Shown here: positions 1 to 5,658 of the stretch, piece by piece
How the letters are laid out: each line of letters starts with the position of its first letter
How positions within the stretch are numbered: position 1 is the stretch's first letter
From: a virus
Taxonomy: Duplodnaviria; Heunggongvirae; Uroviricota; Caudoviricetes
Length of the DNA: 7,390 nt
Virus record (IMG/VR): IMGVR_UViG_2695420478_000017
Coordinates: 1-7,390 of that record
Direction: 5' to 3' (one strand)
Notes under the pieces: generated by a model
Told to the model about the DNA's origin: nothing
Database searches by the model: none
The model's input: only the letters and a program-made list of their open reading frames with translations
Position numbers and translations under genes: made by a program

Positions 1-24
1 CGGCAGAAGCAGAAAAAGCTTATT

Positions 25-570
25 ATGCTTCCATCGGAAACGATGATCTGGCAGCCTGAGTTCACAGATAAAACACTCTCCAGGAAACCCGGGGCGGTTC
101 AAACCGAAGAAGTGGACCAGCTGGCATCAAAGTTAATGGCTGCAAGTGAGGAACTTCAAAAGCTGGGATGTTCATTTTACTCATGCGATGTCAGTTCATG
201 TTCGATTTATCTGACTGTATCTGGAAGAAGGGTTGGCTGGCATTCATACGGAAAAGACGGCAACGGTGAAGATATATTGCTCCCTACCCCCGACAAAGAT
301 AAATGCATGTTTGACGCAGAACACAAAATAACAAAAAGGTTTGATGAAATCTGCGCATTGCAACAAAAACTTGAAGCCAGGAAAAAGGATATAGAATCAA
401 ACGTATGGGCTGCTTTGAACTCAGTCACAACAGTTAAGCGACTTATTGAAGTTTGGCCTGAAAGCAAAGAGTTGCTACCAAAAGAAGCAGATAAAGCAAG
501 TGCAGCACTTCCTGCTTTACGGGTAGAAGATTTGAATAAGATGATTGGACTTCCTTCCGAGGCCGCATAA
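25..570 (+). CDS. Hypothetical protein, 181 aa from first ATG; start uncertain and possibly 5'-partial
   Basis: Long ORF with protein-like composition in the slot upstream of cIII where lambda carries ea10/ral. The frame is open back to position 1 and no strong SD precedes the ATG at 25 or 43, so the gene may begin upstream of the window. Product not recognised. Confidence 0.5.
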   Translation: MLPSETMIWQPEFTDKTLSRKPGAVQTEEVDQLASKLMAASEELQKLGCSFYSCDVSSCSIYLTVSGRRVGWHSYGKDGNGEDILLPTPDKDKCMFDAEHKITKRFDEICALQQKLEARKKDIESNVWAALNSVTTVKRLIEVWPESKELLPKEADKASAALPALRVEDLNKMIGLPSEAA

Positions 571-585
571 TCGGCCTTTATTTTT
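560..585 (+). terminator. Putative intrinsic terminator (stem aggccg/cggcct, 6-nt loop, then TTATTTTT)
   Basis: Hairpin at 560-577 followed by a T-rich tract at 578-585; it overlaps the stop codon of the upstream ORF. Confidence 0.4.
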
Positions 586-614
586 GGCATAAACAACAGA
601 ATAAACACTGCACT

Positions 615-642
615 GTGTATTCATTCCAACGAGTGAATACAC
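615..642 (+). other. Strong 12-bp inverted repeat / RNA hairpin, 4-nt loop, no U-tract
   Basis: gtgtattcattc (615-626) pairs with gagtgaatacac (631-642) with one G-U wobble; loop is caac. Not followed by a T run. Confidence 0.4.
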
Positions 643-704
643 GGAGCAATGTCGCTCGTAACTAAACAGGAGCCGACTTGTTCTGATTATTGGAAATCTT
701 CTTT

Positions 705-728
705 GCCCTCCAATGTGAGGGCTTTTTT
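705..728 (+). terminator. Intrinsic terminator (gccctc / caatgt / gagggc + TTTTTT)
   Basis: 6-bp GC-rich stem at 705-710 and 717-722, followed directly by six T at 723-728. Confidence 0.55.
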
Positions 729-794
729 ATATGCATACCAATAACGCTTCACTAGAGGCGTTTTCGTTATGTGTAAATAAATAAGGAGCACACC

Positions 795-959
795 ATGCAA
801 TATGCCATTGCAGGGTGGCCTGTTGCTGGCTGCCCTTCCGAATCTTTACTTGAACGAATCACCCGTAAATTACGTGACGGATGGAAACGCCTTATCGACA
901 TACTTAATCAGCCAGGAGTTCCCAAAAATGGATCAAACACTTATGGCTATCCAGACTAA
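795..959 (+). CDS. cIII: CIII, protease (FtsH) inhibitor that stabilises CII
   Basis: Translation [54 protein letters not shown] (54 aa) matches lambda CIII as recalled; SD TAAGGAG at 782-788. It is not in the ORF track as a separate ORF because it overlaps the frame-1 ORF 802-1071. Confidence 0.9.
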   Translation: MQYAIAGWPVAGCPSESLLERITRKLRDGWKRLIDILNQPGVPKNGSNTYGYPD

Positions 960-1071
960 ATTCACTATCGCCACTTTTATTGGTGATGAAAAGATGTTTC
1001 GTGAAGCCGTCGACGCTTATAAAAAATGGATATTAATACTGAAACTGAGATCAAGCAAAAGCATTCACTAA
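928..1071 (+). CDS. kil: Kil, host cell-division (FtsZ) inhibitor
   Basis: Internal Met of track ORF 802-1071 gives [47 protein letters not shown] (47 aa), matching lambda Kil; overlaps the cIII 3' end by 32 nt as in lambda. Confidence 0.85.
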   Translation: MDQTLMAIQTKFTIATFIGDEKMFREAVDAYKKWILILKLRSSKSIH

Positions 1072-1091
1072 CCCCTTTCCTGTTTTCCTAA
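1026..1091 (+). pseudogene. gam: Frame-disrupted remnant of the long-form Gam N-terminal extension
   Basis: ATG at 1026 encodes [18 protein letters not shown] then LFS-stop. The continuation [29 protein letters not shown] is readable in the GamS frame from about 1079. The two ATGs are 119 nt apart (not a multiple of 3). Confidence 0.6.
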
Positions 1092-1144
1092 TCAGCCCGG
1101 CATTTCGCGGGCGATATTTTCACAGCTATTTCAGGAGTTCAGCC

Positions 1145-1441
1145 ATGAACGCTTATTACATTCAGGATCGTCTTGAGGCTCAGAGCTGGGCGCGTCACTA
1201 CCAGCAGATCGCCCGTGAAGAGAAAGAGGCAGAACTGGCAGACGACATGGAAAAAGGCCTGCCCCAGCACCTGTTTGAATCGCTATGCATCGATCATTTG
1301 CAACGCCACGGGGCCAGCAAAAAAGCCATTATCCGTGCGTTTGATGACGATGTTGAGTTTCAGGAGCGCATGGCAGAACACATCCGGTACATGGTTGAAA
1401 CCATTGCTCACCATCAGGTTGATATTGATTCAGAGGTATAA
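1145..1441 (+). CDS. gam: Gam, short form (GamS, 98 aa), RecBCD inhibitor
   Basis: Translation [21 protein letters not shown]...[10 protein letters not shown] matches lambda Gam; strong SD AGGAG at 1133-1137, 7 nt before the ATG. Confidence 0.9.
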   Translation: MNAYYIQDRLEAQSWARHYQQIAREEKEAELADDMEKGLPQHLFESLCIDHLQRHGASKKAIIRAFDDDVEFQERMAEHIRYMVETIAHHQVDIDSEV

Positions 1442-1446
1442 AACGG

Positions 1447-2217
1447 ATGAGTACAGCACTCGCAACGCTGGCAGGGAAGCTGGCTGAACGTGTCGGCATG
1501 GATTCTGTCGACCCACAGGAACTGATCACCACTCTTCGCCAGACGGCATTTAAAGGCGATGCCAGCGATGCGCAGTTCATCGCATTGTTGATCGTCGCCA
1601 ACCAGTACGGCCTTAATCCGTGGACGAAAGAAATTTACGCCTTCCCTGATAAGCAGAACGGCATCGTTCCGGTGGTGGGCGTTGATGGCTGGTCCCGCAT
1701 CATCAATGAAAACCAGCATTTTGATGGCATGGACTTTGAGCAGGACAATGAATCCTGTACATGCCGGATTTACCGCAAGGACCGTAATCATCCGATCTGC
1801 GTTACCGAATGGATGGATGAATGCCGCCGCGAACCATTCAAAACCCGCGAAGGCAGAGAAATCACGGGGCCGTGGCAGTCGCATCCTAAACGGATGTTAC
1901 GGCATAAAGCTATGATTCAGTGTGCCCGTCTGGCCTTCGGATTTGCTGGTATCTATGACAAGGATGAAGCCGAGCGCATTGTCGAAAATACTGCATACAC
2001 TGCAGAACGCCAGCCGGAACGCGACATCACTCCGGTTAACGATGAAACCATGCAGGAGATTAACACTCTGCTAATCGCCCTGGATAAAACATGGGATGAC
2101 GACTTATTGCCGCTCTGTTCCCAGATATTTCGCCGCGACATTCGCGCATCGTCAGAACTGACACAGGCCGAAGCAGTGAAAGCTCTTGGATTCCTGAAAC
2201 AGAAAGCCACTGAGTAG
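1447..2217 (+). CDS. bet: Bet (Red-beta) single-strand annealing protein, 256 aa; C-terminus 5 aa shorter than lambda Bet
   Basis: Translation matches lambda Bet from [26 protein letters not shown] to ...LGFLKQKA; it ends at TAG 2215-2217, while the lambda-position stop TGA at 2230-2232 is still in frame downstream. Confidence 0.93.
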   Translation: MSTALATLAGKLAERVGMDSVDPQELITTLRQTAFKGDASDAQFIALLIVANQYGLNPWTKEIYAFPDKQNGIVPVVGVDGWSRIINENQHFDGMDFEQDNESCTCRIYRKDRNHPICVTEWMDECRREPFKTREGREITGPWQSHPKRMLRHKAMIQCARLAFGFAGIYDKDEAERIVENTAYTAERQPERDITPVNDETMQEINTLLIALDKTWDDDLLPLCSQIFRRDIRASSELTQAEAVKALGFLKQKATE

Positions 2218-2228
2218 AAGGTGGCAGC

Positions 2229-2909
2229 ATGACACCGGACATTATCCTGCAGCGTACCGGGATCGACGTGAGAGCTGTCGAACAGGGGGATGATGCATGG
2301 CACAAATTACGGCTCGGCGTCATCACCGCTTCAGAAGTTCACAACGTGATAGCAAAGCCCCGCTCAGGAAAGAAGTGGCCTGACATGAAAATGTCCTACT
2401 TCCACACCCTGCTGGCTGAGGTTTGCACCGGTGTGGCTCCGGAAGTTAATGCTAAGGCGCTGGCCTGGGGAAAACAGTACGAGAACGACGCCAGAACCCT
2501 CTTTGAGTTCACTTCCGGCGTTAATGTTACTGAATCCCCGATCATCTATCGCGACGAAAGTATGCGCACCGCCTGCTCTCCCGATGGTTTATGCAGTGAC
2601 GGCAACGGCCTTGAACTGAAATGCCCGTTTACCTCCCGGGATTTCATGAAATTCCGGCTCGGTGGTTTCGAGGCCATAAAATCGGCTTACCTGGCCCAGG
2701 TGCAGTACAGCATGTGGGTGACACGAAAAGATGCCTGGTACTTTGCCAACTATGACCCGCGTATGAAGCGTGAAGGCCTGCATTATGTCGTGGTTGAGCG
2801 GGATGAAAAGTACATGGCGGGTTTTGACGAGATGGTGCCGGAGTTCATCGAAAAAATGGACGAGGCACTGGCTGAAATTGGTTTTGTATTTGGGGAGCAA
2901 TGGCGATGA
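2229..2909 (+). CDS. exo: Exo (Red-alpha) 5'-3' dsDNA exonuclease, 226 aa
   Basis: Translation [50 protein letters not shown]...[10 protein letters not shown] matches lambda Exo with a few substitutions; SD AGGTGG upstream. Confidence 0.93.
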   Translation: MTPDIILQRTGIDVRAVEQGDDAWHKLRLGVITASEVHNVIAKPRSGKKWPDMKMSYFHTLLAEVCTGVAPEVNAKALAWGKQYENDARTLFEFTSGVNVTESPIIYRDESMRTACSPDGLCSDGNGLELKCPFTSRDFMKFRLGGFEAIKSAYLAQVQYSMWVTRKDAWYFANYDPRMKREGLHYVVVERDEKYMAGFDEMVPEFIEKMDEALAEIGFVFGEQWR

Positions 2910-3088
2910 AGCATCCTCACGATAATATCCGGGTAGGTGCGATCACTTTCGTCTACTCCGTTACAAAGCGAGGCTGGGTATTTCCCGGCCTTTCTGTTAT
3001 CCAAAATCCACTGAAAGCCCAGCGGCTGGCTGAGGAGATAAATAATAAACGAGGGGCTGTATGCACAAAGCATCTCCTGTTGAGTTAA
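2906..3088 (+). CDS. Small protein, lambda orf60a-like (60 aa from ATG 2906; alternative ATG at 2900 gives 62 aa)
   Basis: ORF directly after exo; ATG 2906 overlaps the exo stop as ATGA, and length and position match lambda orf60a as recalled. The sequence match itself is from memory and unverified. Confidence 0.55.
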   Translation: MKHPHDNIRVGAITFVYSVTKRGWVFPGLSVIQNPLKAQRLAEEINNKRGAVCTKHLLLS

Positions 3089-3252
3089 GAACGAGCATTG
3101 AGATGGCACATAGCCTTGCTCAAATTGGAGTCAGGTTTGTGCCAATACCAGTAGAAACAGACGAAGAATTTCATACGTTAGCCACATCCCTTTCGCAAAA
3201 GCTGGAAATGATGGTGGCGAAAGCAGAAGCAGATGAGAGAGACCTGGTATGA
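3061..3252 (+). CDS. Small protein, lambda orf63-like (63 aa)
   Basis: 63-codon ORF overlapping the previous gene by 28 nt, same geometry as lambda orf63/orf60a; translation [63 protein letters not shown]. Confidence 0.6.
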   Translation: MHKASPVELRTSIEMAHSLAQIGVRFVPIPVETDEEFHTLATSLSQKLEMMVAKAEADERDLV

Positions 3253-3332
3253 CAACCACTGAATGCATTTTTCTGGCAGCGGGCTTCATATTCTGTGTGC
3301 TTATGCTTGCCGACATGGGACTTGTTCAATGA
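3249..3332 (+). CDS. Candidate small hydrophobic (membrane) peptide, 27 aa
   Basis: ATG 3249 overlaps the orf63-like stop (ATGA) and its stop TGA 3330-3332 overlaps the next ATG at 3329 (ATGA). Translation MTTTECIFLAAGFIFCVLMLADMGLVQ has a hydrophobic core consistent with one transmembrane helix. Too short for the ORF track. Confidence 0.35.
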   Translation: MTTTECIFLAAGFIFCVLMLADMGLVQ

Positions 3333-3544
3333 CACCTCAGCAAGAAAACGCCCTTCGCAGTATTGCCCGTCAGGCTAATTCTGAAATCAAAAAAGCCAGA
3401 CAGCAGTTTCCGGATAAAAACGTCGATGACATTTGCCGTAGCGTACTGAAGAAGCACCGCGAAACGGTAACGCTGATGGGATTCACACCGACTCATTTAA
3501 GCCTGGCGATCGGCATGTTAAACGGCGTCTTTAAGGAACGGTGA
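3329..3544 (+). CDS. Hypothetical protein, 71 aa (track ORF 3263-3544 trimmed to the coupled internal ATG)
   Basis: ORF in frame with track ORF 3263-3544; start at 3329 preferred because it is translationally coupled to the upstream peptide. Translation MTPQQENALRSIARQANSEIKKARQQFPDKNVDDICRSVLKKHRETVTLMGFTPTHLSLAIGMLNGVFKER. Product not recognised. Confidence 0.45.
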   Translation: MTPQQENALRSIARQANSEIKKARQQFPDKNVDDICRSVLKKHRETVTLMGFTPTHLSLAIGMLNGVFKER

Positions 3545-3566
3545 GCATGAAAAACAAAATCATCAT

Positions 3567-3590
3567 GGAGCTACAGGCTCCTTTTTTATT
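3567..3590 (+). terminator. Putative intrinsic terminator (ggagc / tacag / gctcc + TTTTTTATT)
   Basis: 5-bp GC-rich stem at 3567-3571 and 3577-3581, then six T at 3582-3587. Confidence 0.4.
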
Positions 3591-3642
3591 ATTCGCATTC
3601 ACCCTCAAGCGTATTAACCAACAATTCAGGGATTAATGAAAG

Positions 3643-3864
3643 ATGGCAGACATCATTGATTCAGCATCAGAAATTGAAGAATTACAGCGCAACACAGCAA
3701 TAAAAATGCGCCGCCTGAACCACCAGGCTATATCTGCCACTCATTGTTGTGAGTGTGGCGATCCGATAGATGAGCGAAGACGCCTGGCTGTTCAGGGTTG
3801 TCGGACTTGTGCAAGTTGCCAGGAGGATCTGGAACTTATCAGTAAACAGAGAGGTTCGAAGTGA
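3643..3864 (+). CDS. TraR/DksA-family C4-type zinc-finger protein (73 aa), likely RNA polymerase secondary-channel binder
   Basis: Translation carries CCECGDPIDERRRLAVQGCRTCASCQ, i.e. two Cys pairs (CxxC...CxxC) near the C-terminus with an acidic N-terminal segment, the layout of TraR-like phage and plasmid proteins. Confidence 0.7.
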   Translation: MADIIDSASEIEELQRNTAIKMRRLNHQAISATHCCECGDPIDERRRLAVQGCRTCASCQEDLELISKQRGSK

Positions 3865-4631
3865 GCGAAATTAATTATCAGGCACTGCGTGAAAAGGCAG
3901 AAAAAGCAACTAAAGGAAGCTACATCGTAGGGCATACATCTGTTAATCGGCATGGCAATTTAACAGGAGTTTTTGTTTGTCAAAAATGGAAAGGAGAACC
4001 CGGTGGCGTGATTGCAGAATGTCACGTTAACTGCCTGGTTGAAACAGATGCTCAGGCTTATGCAAACGCTGAATTCATAGCAGAGGCTAACCCGGCTACC
4101 GTGCTGGAACTGCTGGATGAACGGGAAAGAAACCAGCAATACATCAAACGCCGCGACCAGGAGAACGAGGAGATTGCGCTTACGGTTGGGAAGCTGCGTG
4201 TTGAGCTTGAAGCAGCAGAGAACAACCTTATTGATAGTGAATGCCATGTTGCTGAACTGGAAGAAGCTCTACGCGATAAGCAGGCGTTACTTGAAGCCTC
4301 AGAAAAGCGCAACGCAAAATTACAAAGCGAGAATGCATACATCCGCAACCGGTACAAAGAACTGGACCTATTAATCGGGAAAAACATTCTGGTCATGCAG
4401 GCTGCCATTATCGAATGGCAGGCAACTGGCGACGCTAAGAGCGGACTAGCATGGATTTATAACACACTGTTTGGCCCTGGCGAATTACCGGACGAATCTG
4501 AGAAAGATGCTCAGGCCTACTTTAATCGCAAATATGCACCGATTGACGAAAATCTCATGGAGCTTCACAAGTGGTTTTGGGAACAAAGTGAAGCCGAGCG
4601 CGCCGCTGGCATTCGCATCAAAGGAGAGTGA
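3861..4631 (+). CDS. Ea22-like protein (256 aa), GTG start overlapping the upstream stop
   Basis: N-terminus MSEINYQALRE, central LELLDERERNQQYIKRRDQENEEIALTVGKLRVELE coiled-coil segment and C-terminal AGIRIKGE resemble lambda Ea22 as recalled; GTGA overlap with the TraR-like gene; SD-like AGAGAGG upstream. Confidence 0.7.
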   Translation: MSEINYQALREKAEKATKGSYIVGHTSVNRHGNLTGVFVCQKWKGEPGGVIAECHVNCLVETDAQAYANAEFIAEANPATVLELLDERERNQQYIKRRDQENEEIALTVGKLRVELEAAENNLIDSECHVAELEEALRDKQALLEASEKRNAKLQSENAYIRNRYKELDLLIGKNILVMQAAIIEWQATGDAKSGLAWIYNTLFGPGELPDESEKDAQAYFNRKYAPIDENLMELHKWFWEQSEAERAAGIRIKGE

Positions 4632-4632
4632 T

Positions 4633-5280
4633 ATGAGCGCTATAACCAAAGATCGACTACTGACAATCAAGCAGTGGCGCGAAACATACGGACCGGGTAG
4701 CAACGTTGTACTGCCAGCAGAAGAAGCGGAAGAACTGGCACGAATTGCGCTGGCATCACTGGAACGCGAACAGATTCGCCACGAGCATGCCAAATGGTCT
4801 GACTCCACATTTGGCTGCGTTGGCCCCATTGGTCCGCTGAAACATCTCTCAAAAGAGGCACTGGAAGCCGCAGCCGAACCAGACGATCTTAGCGAGTGGG
4901 CTGATATGCAGTTTCTGTTGTGGGATGCACAGCGCCGTGCTGGCATCAGCGATGCTGAAATTAACGTTGCTATGGAAGATAAATTGAAGATCAACATGGA
5001 GCGCCAGTGGCCTGAGCCAAAAGATGGTGAGCCTCGCTTGCACATTAAAGAACCCGGCAACTCTCCGGTAACTCCTGATGGTTGGATAAGCTGTAGTGAG
5101 CGAATGCCGGATACCAAAACAGCCGTTCTTGTTGCCAGGGAGTTTGACAGGAAAGGTGACTGGCGAATGAAATGGGCGACTTACATCCCGGGGCATCCTG
5201 ACGCTAATGATGGGTGGATAATTCCTGGTGCGTCGTGGAAACCGTCACACTGGATGCCGCTACCAGAGCCTCCCCTTTGA
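4633..5280 (+). CDS. Two-domain protein (215 aa): MazG-like all-alpha NTP pyrophosphohydrolase-like N-domain (DUF550-type) plus DUF551-like C-domain
   Basis: Track ORF 4471-5280 trimmed to ATG 4633, which has SD AAGGAGAG and sits 2 nt after the Ea22-like stop. N-terminal motifs (EEAEEL, HAKWS, STFG, LKHLSKEALE, EWAD, INMERQW) and the C-terminal WISCSERMPD ... SHWMPLPEPP pattern match those families as recalled. Confidence 0.6.
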   Translation: MSAITKDRLLTIKQWRETYGPGSNVVLPAEEAEELARIALASLEREQIRHEHAKWSDSTFGCVGPIGPLKHLSKEALEAAAEPDDLSEWADMQFLLWDAQRRAGISDAEINVAMEDKLKINMERQWPEPKDGEPRLHIKEPGNSPVTPDGWISCSERMPDTKTAVLVAREFDRKGDWRMKWATYIPGHPDANDGWIIPGASWKPSHWMPLPEPPL

Positions 5281-5376
5281 TAGCTAAGCTTATACATATC
5301 TTTTACATCAGCAATCTATTGTTAATCTCCAATCAATGTTACGTTGTCATCTCTCTCATGCTTTGGAGGTAGTGAT

Positions 5377-5556
5377 ATGTCTTGTCCAAAATGCGGTTCT
5401 GGAAATATTGCAAAAGAAAAAACAATGCGTGGATGGTCTGATGATTATGTGTGCTGCGATTGCGGATACAACGACTCTAAAGACGCATTTGGAGAGCGTG
5501 GTAAAAACGATTTTGTCAAAATTAATAAAGAACGCGAAGGCAACGAAAAAAGCTAA
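5377..5556 (+). CDS. Small zinc-ribbon protein, 59 aa (CPKCG ... CCDCG)
   Basis: Track ORF 5344-5556 trimmed to ATG 5377, which has a strong SD GGAGG at 5365-5369 (7-nt spacing). Two CxxC-type motifs: MSCPKCGSGN ... YVCCDCGYN. Confidence 0.55.
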   Translation: MSCPKCGSGNIAKEKTMRGWSDDYVCCDCGYNDSKDAFGERGKNDFVKINKEREGNEKS

Positions 5557-5619
5557 TTTATTTATTCATATATGAAAACAATGTAACCAATATTCGAATT
5601 GAAGAACTGAAAGAACACC

Positions 5620-5644
5620 AAGCCGCCTGATGGCGGTTTTTTTT
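5620..5644 (+). terminator. Intrinsic terminator (ccgcc / tgat / ggcgg + 8 T)
   Basis: GC stem at 5623-5627 and 5632-5636, extendable by a G-U and two A-U pairs, followed by TTTTTTTT at 5637-5644. Confidence 0.6.
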
Positions 5645-5658
5645 ATTGGAGACAAGAA

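Noticed and set aside
207-608. Minus-strand ORF (133 aa) overlapping the 181-aa + strand gene
   Set aside because: Ser/Ala-rich, low-complexity translation with no start context; typical antisense shadow of a real + strand gene. The same judgement applies to the other minus-strand track ORFs (1329-1601, 1414-1884, 1953-2303, 2060-2326, 2589-2900, 2783-3109, 3131-3316, 3960-4247, 4058-4408, 4485-5117, 4667-4861, 4849-5196, 5772-5957), all of which lie inside confidently assigned + strand genes of a uniformly leftward operon.
802-1071. Track ORF of 89 aa starting at ATG 802
   Set aside because: The N-terminal 42 codons run antiparallel in frame to nothing recognisable and overlap cIII (795-959, a different frame); the recognisable Kil sequence starts at the internal ATG 928. 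The long form was replaced by cIII plus kil.
1173-1487. Track ORF of 104 aa in an alternative frame across gam and the bet start
   Set aside because: Entirely overlaps Gam and the Bet N-terminus, which are strongly supported; Arg-rich out-of-frame translation with no independent support.
1682-1915. Track ORF of 77 aa inside bet, alternative frame
   Set aside because: Internal out-of-frame ORF within the well-supported bet coding sequence.
2431-2619. Track ORF of 62 aa inside exo, alternative frame
   Set aside because: Internal out-of-frame ORF within the well-supported exo coding sequence.
3263-3328. N-terminal extension of track ORF 3263-3544 (MHFSGSGLHILCAYACRHGTCS...)
   Set aside because: It is the out-of-frame read of the region that in another frame encodes the coupled 27-aa hydrophobic peptide; the internal ATG 3329 with ATGA coupling is the more plausible start. 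This remains uncertain without expression data.
4117-4374. Track ORF of 85 aa inside the Ea22-like gene, alternative frame
   Set aside because: Out-of-frame ORF nested in a gene with clear family resemblance; Arg/Thr-rich composition typical of an off-frame read.
4471-4632. Upstream extension of the MazG/DUF551-like ORF (track start 4471)
   Set aside because: The extension overlaps the 3' end of the Ea22-like gene in another frame; ATG 4633 has a strong SD (AAGGAGAG) and sits 2 nt after the Ea22-like stop.
5336-5575. Track ORF of 79 aa overlapping the zinc-ribbon gene in another frame
   Set aside because: No SD before its ATG, whereas the overlapping frame has GGAGG at ideal spacing and conserved-looking CxxC pairs; the two cannot both be the main product.
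5557-5620. Sigma-70 promoter for the 114-aa gene in the AT-rich stretch before the terminator
   Set aside because: Only weak -35/-10 candidates (for example TTCATA ... CAATAT) with no good consensus pair, and any transcript starting here would still have to pass the terminator at 5620-5644; not supportable from sequence alone.
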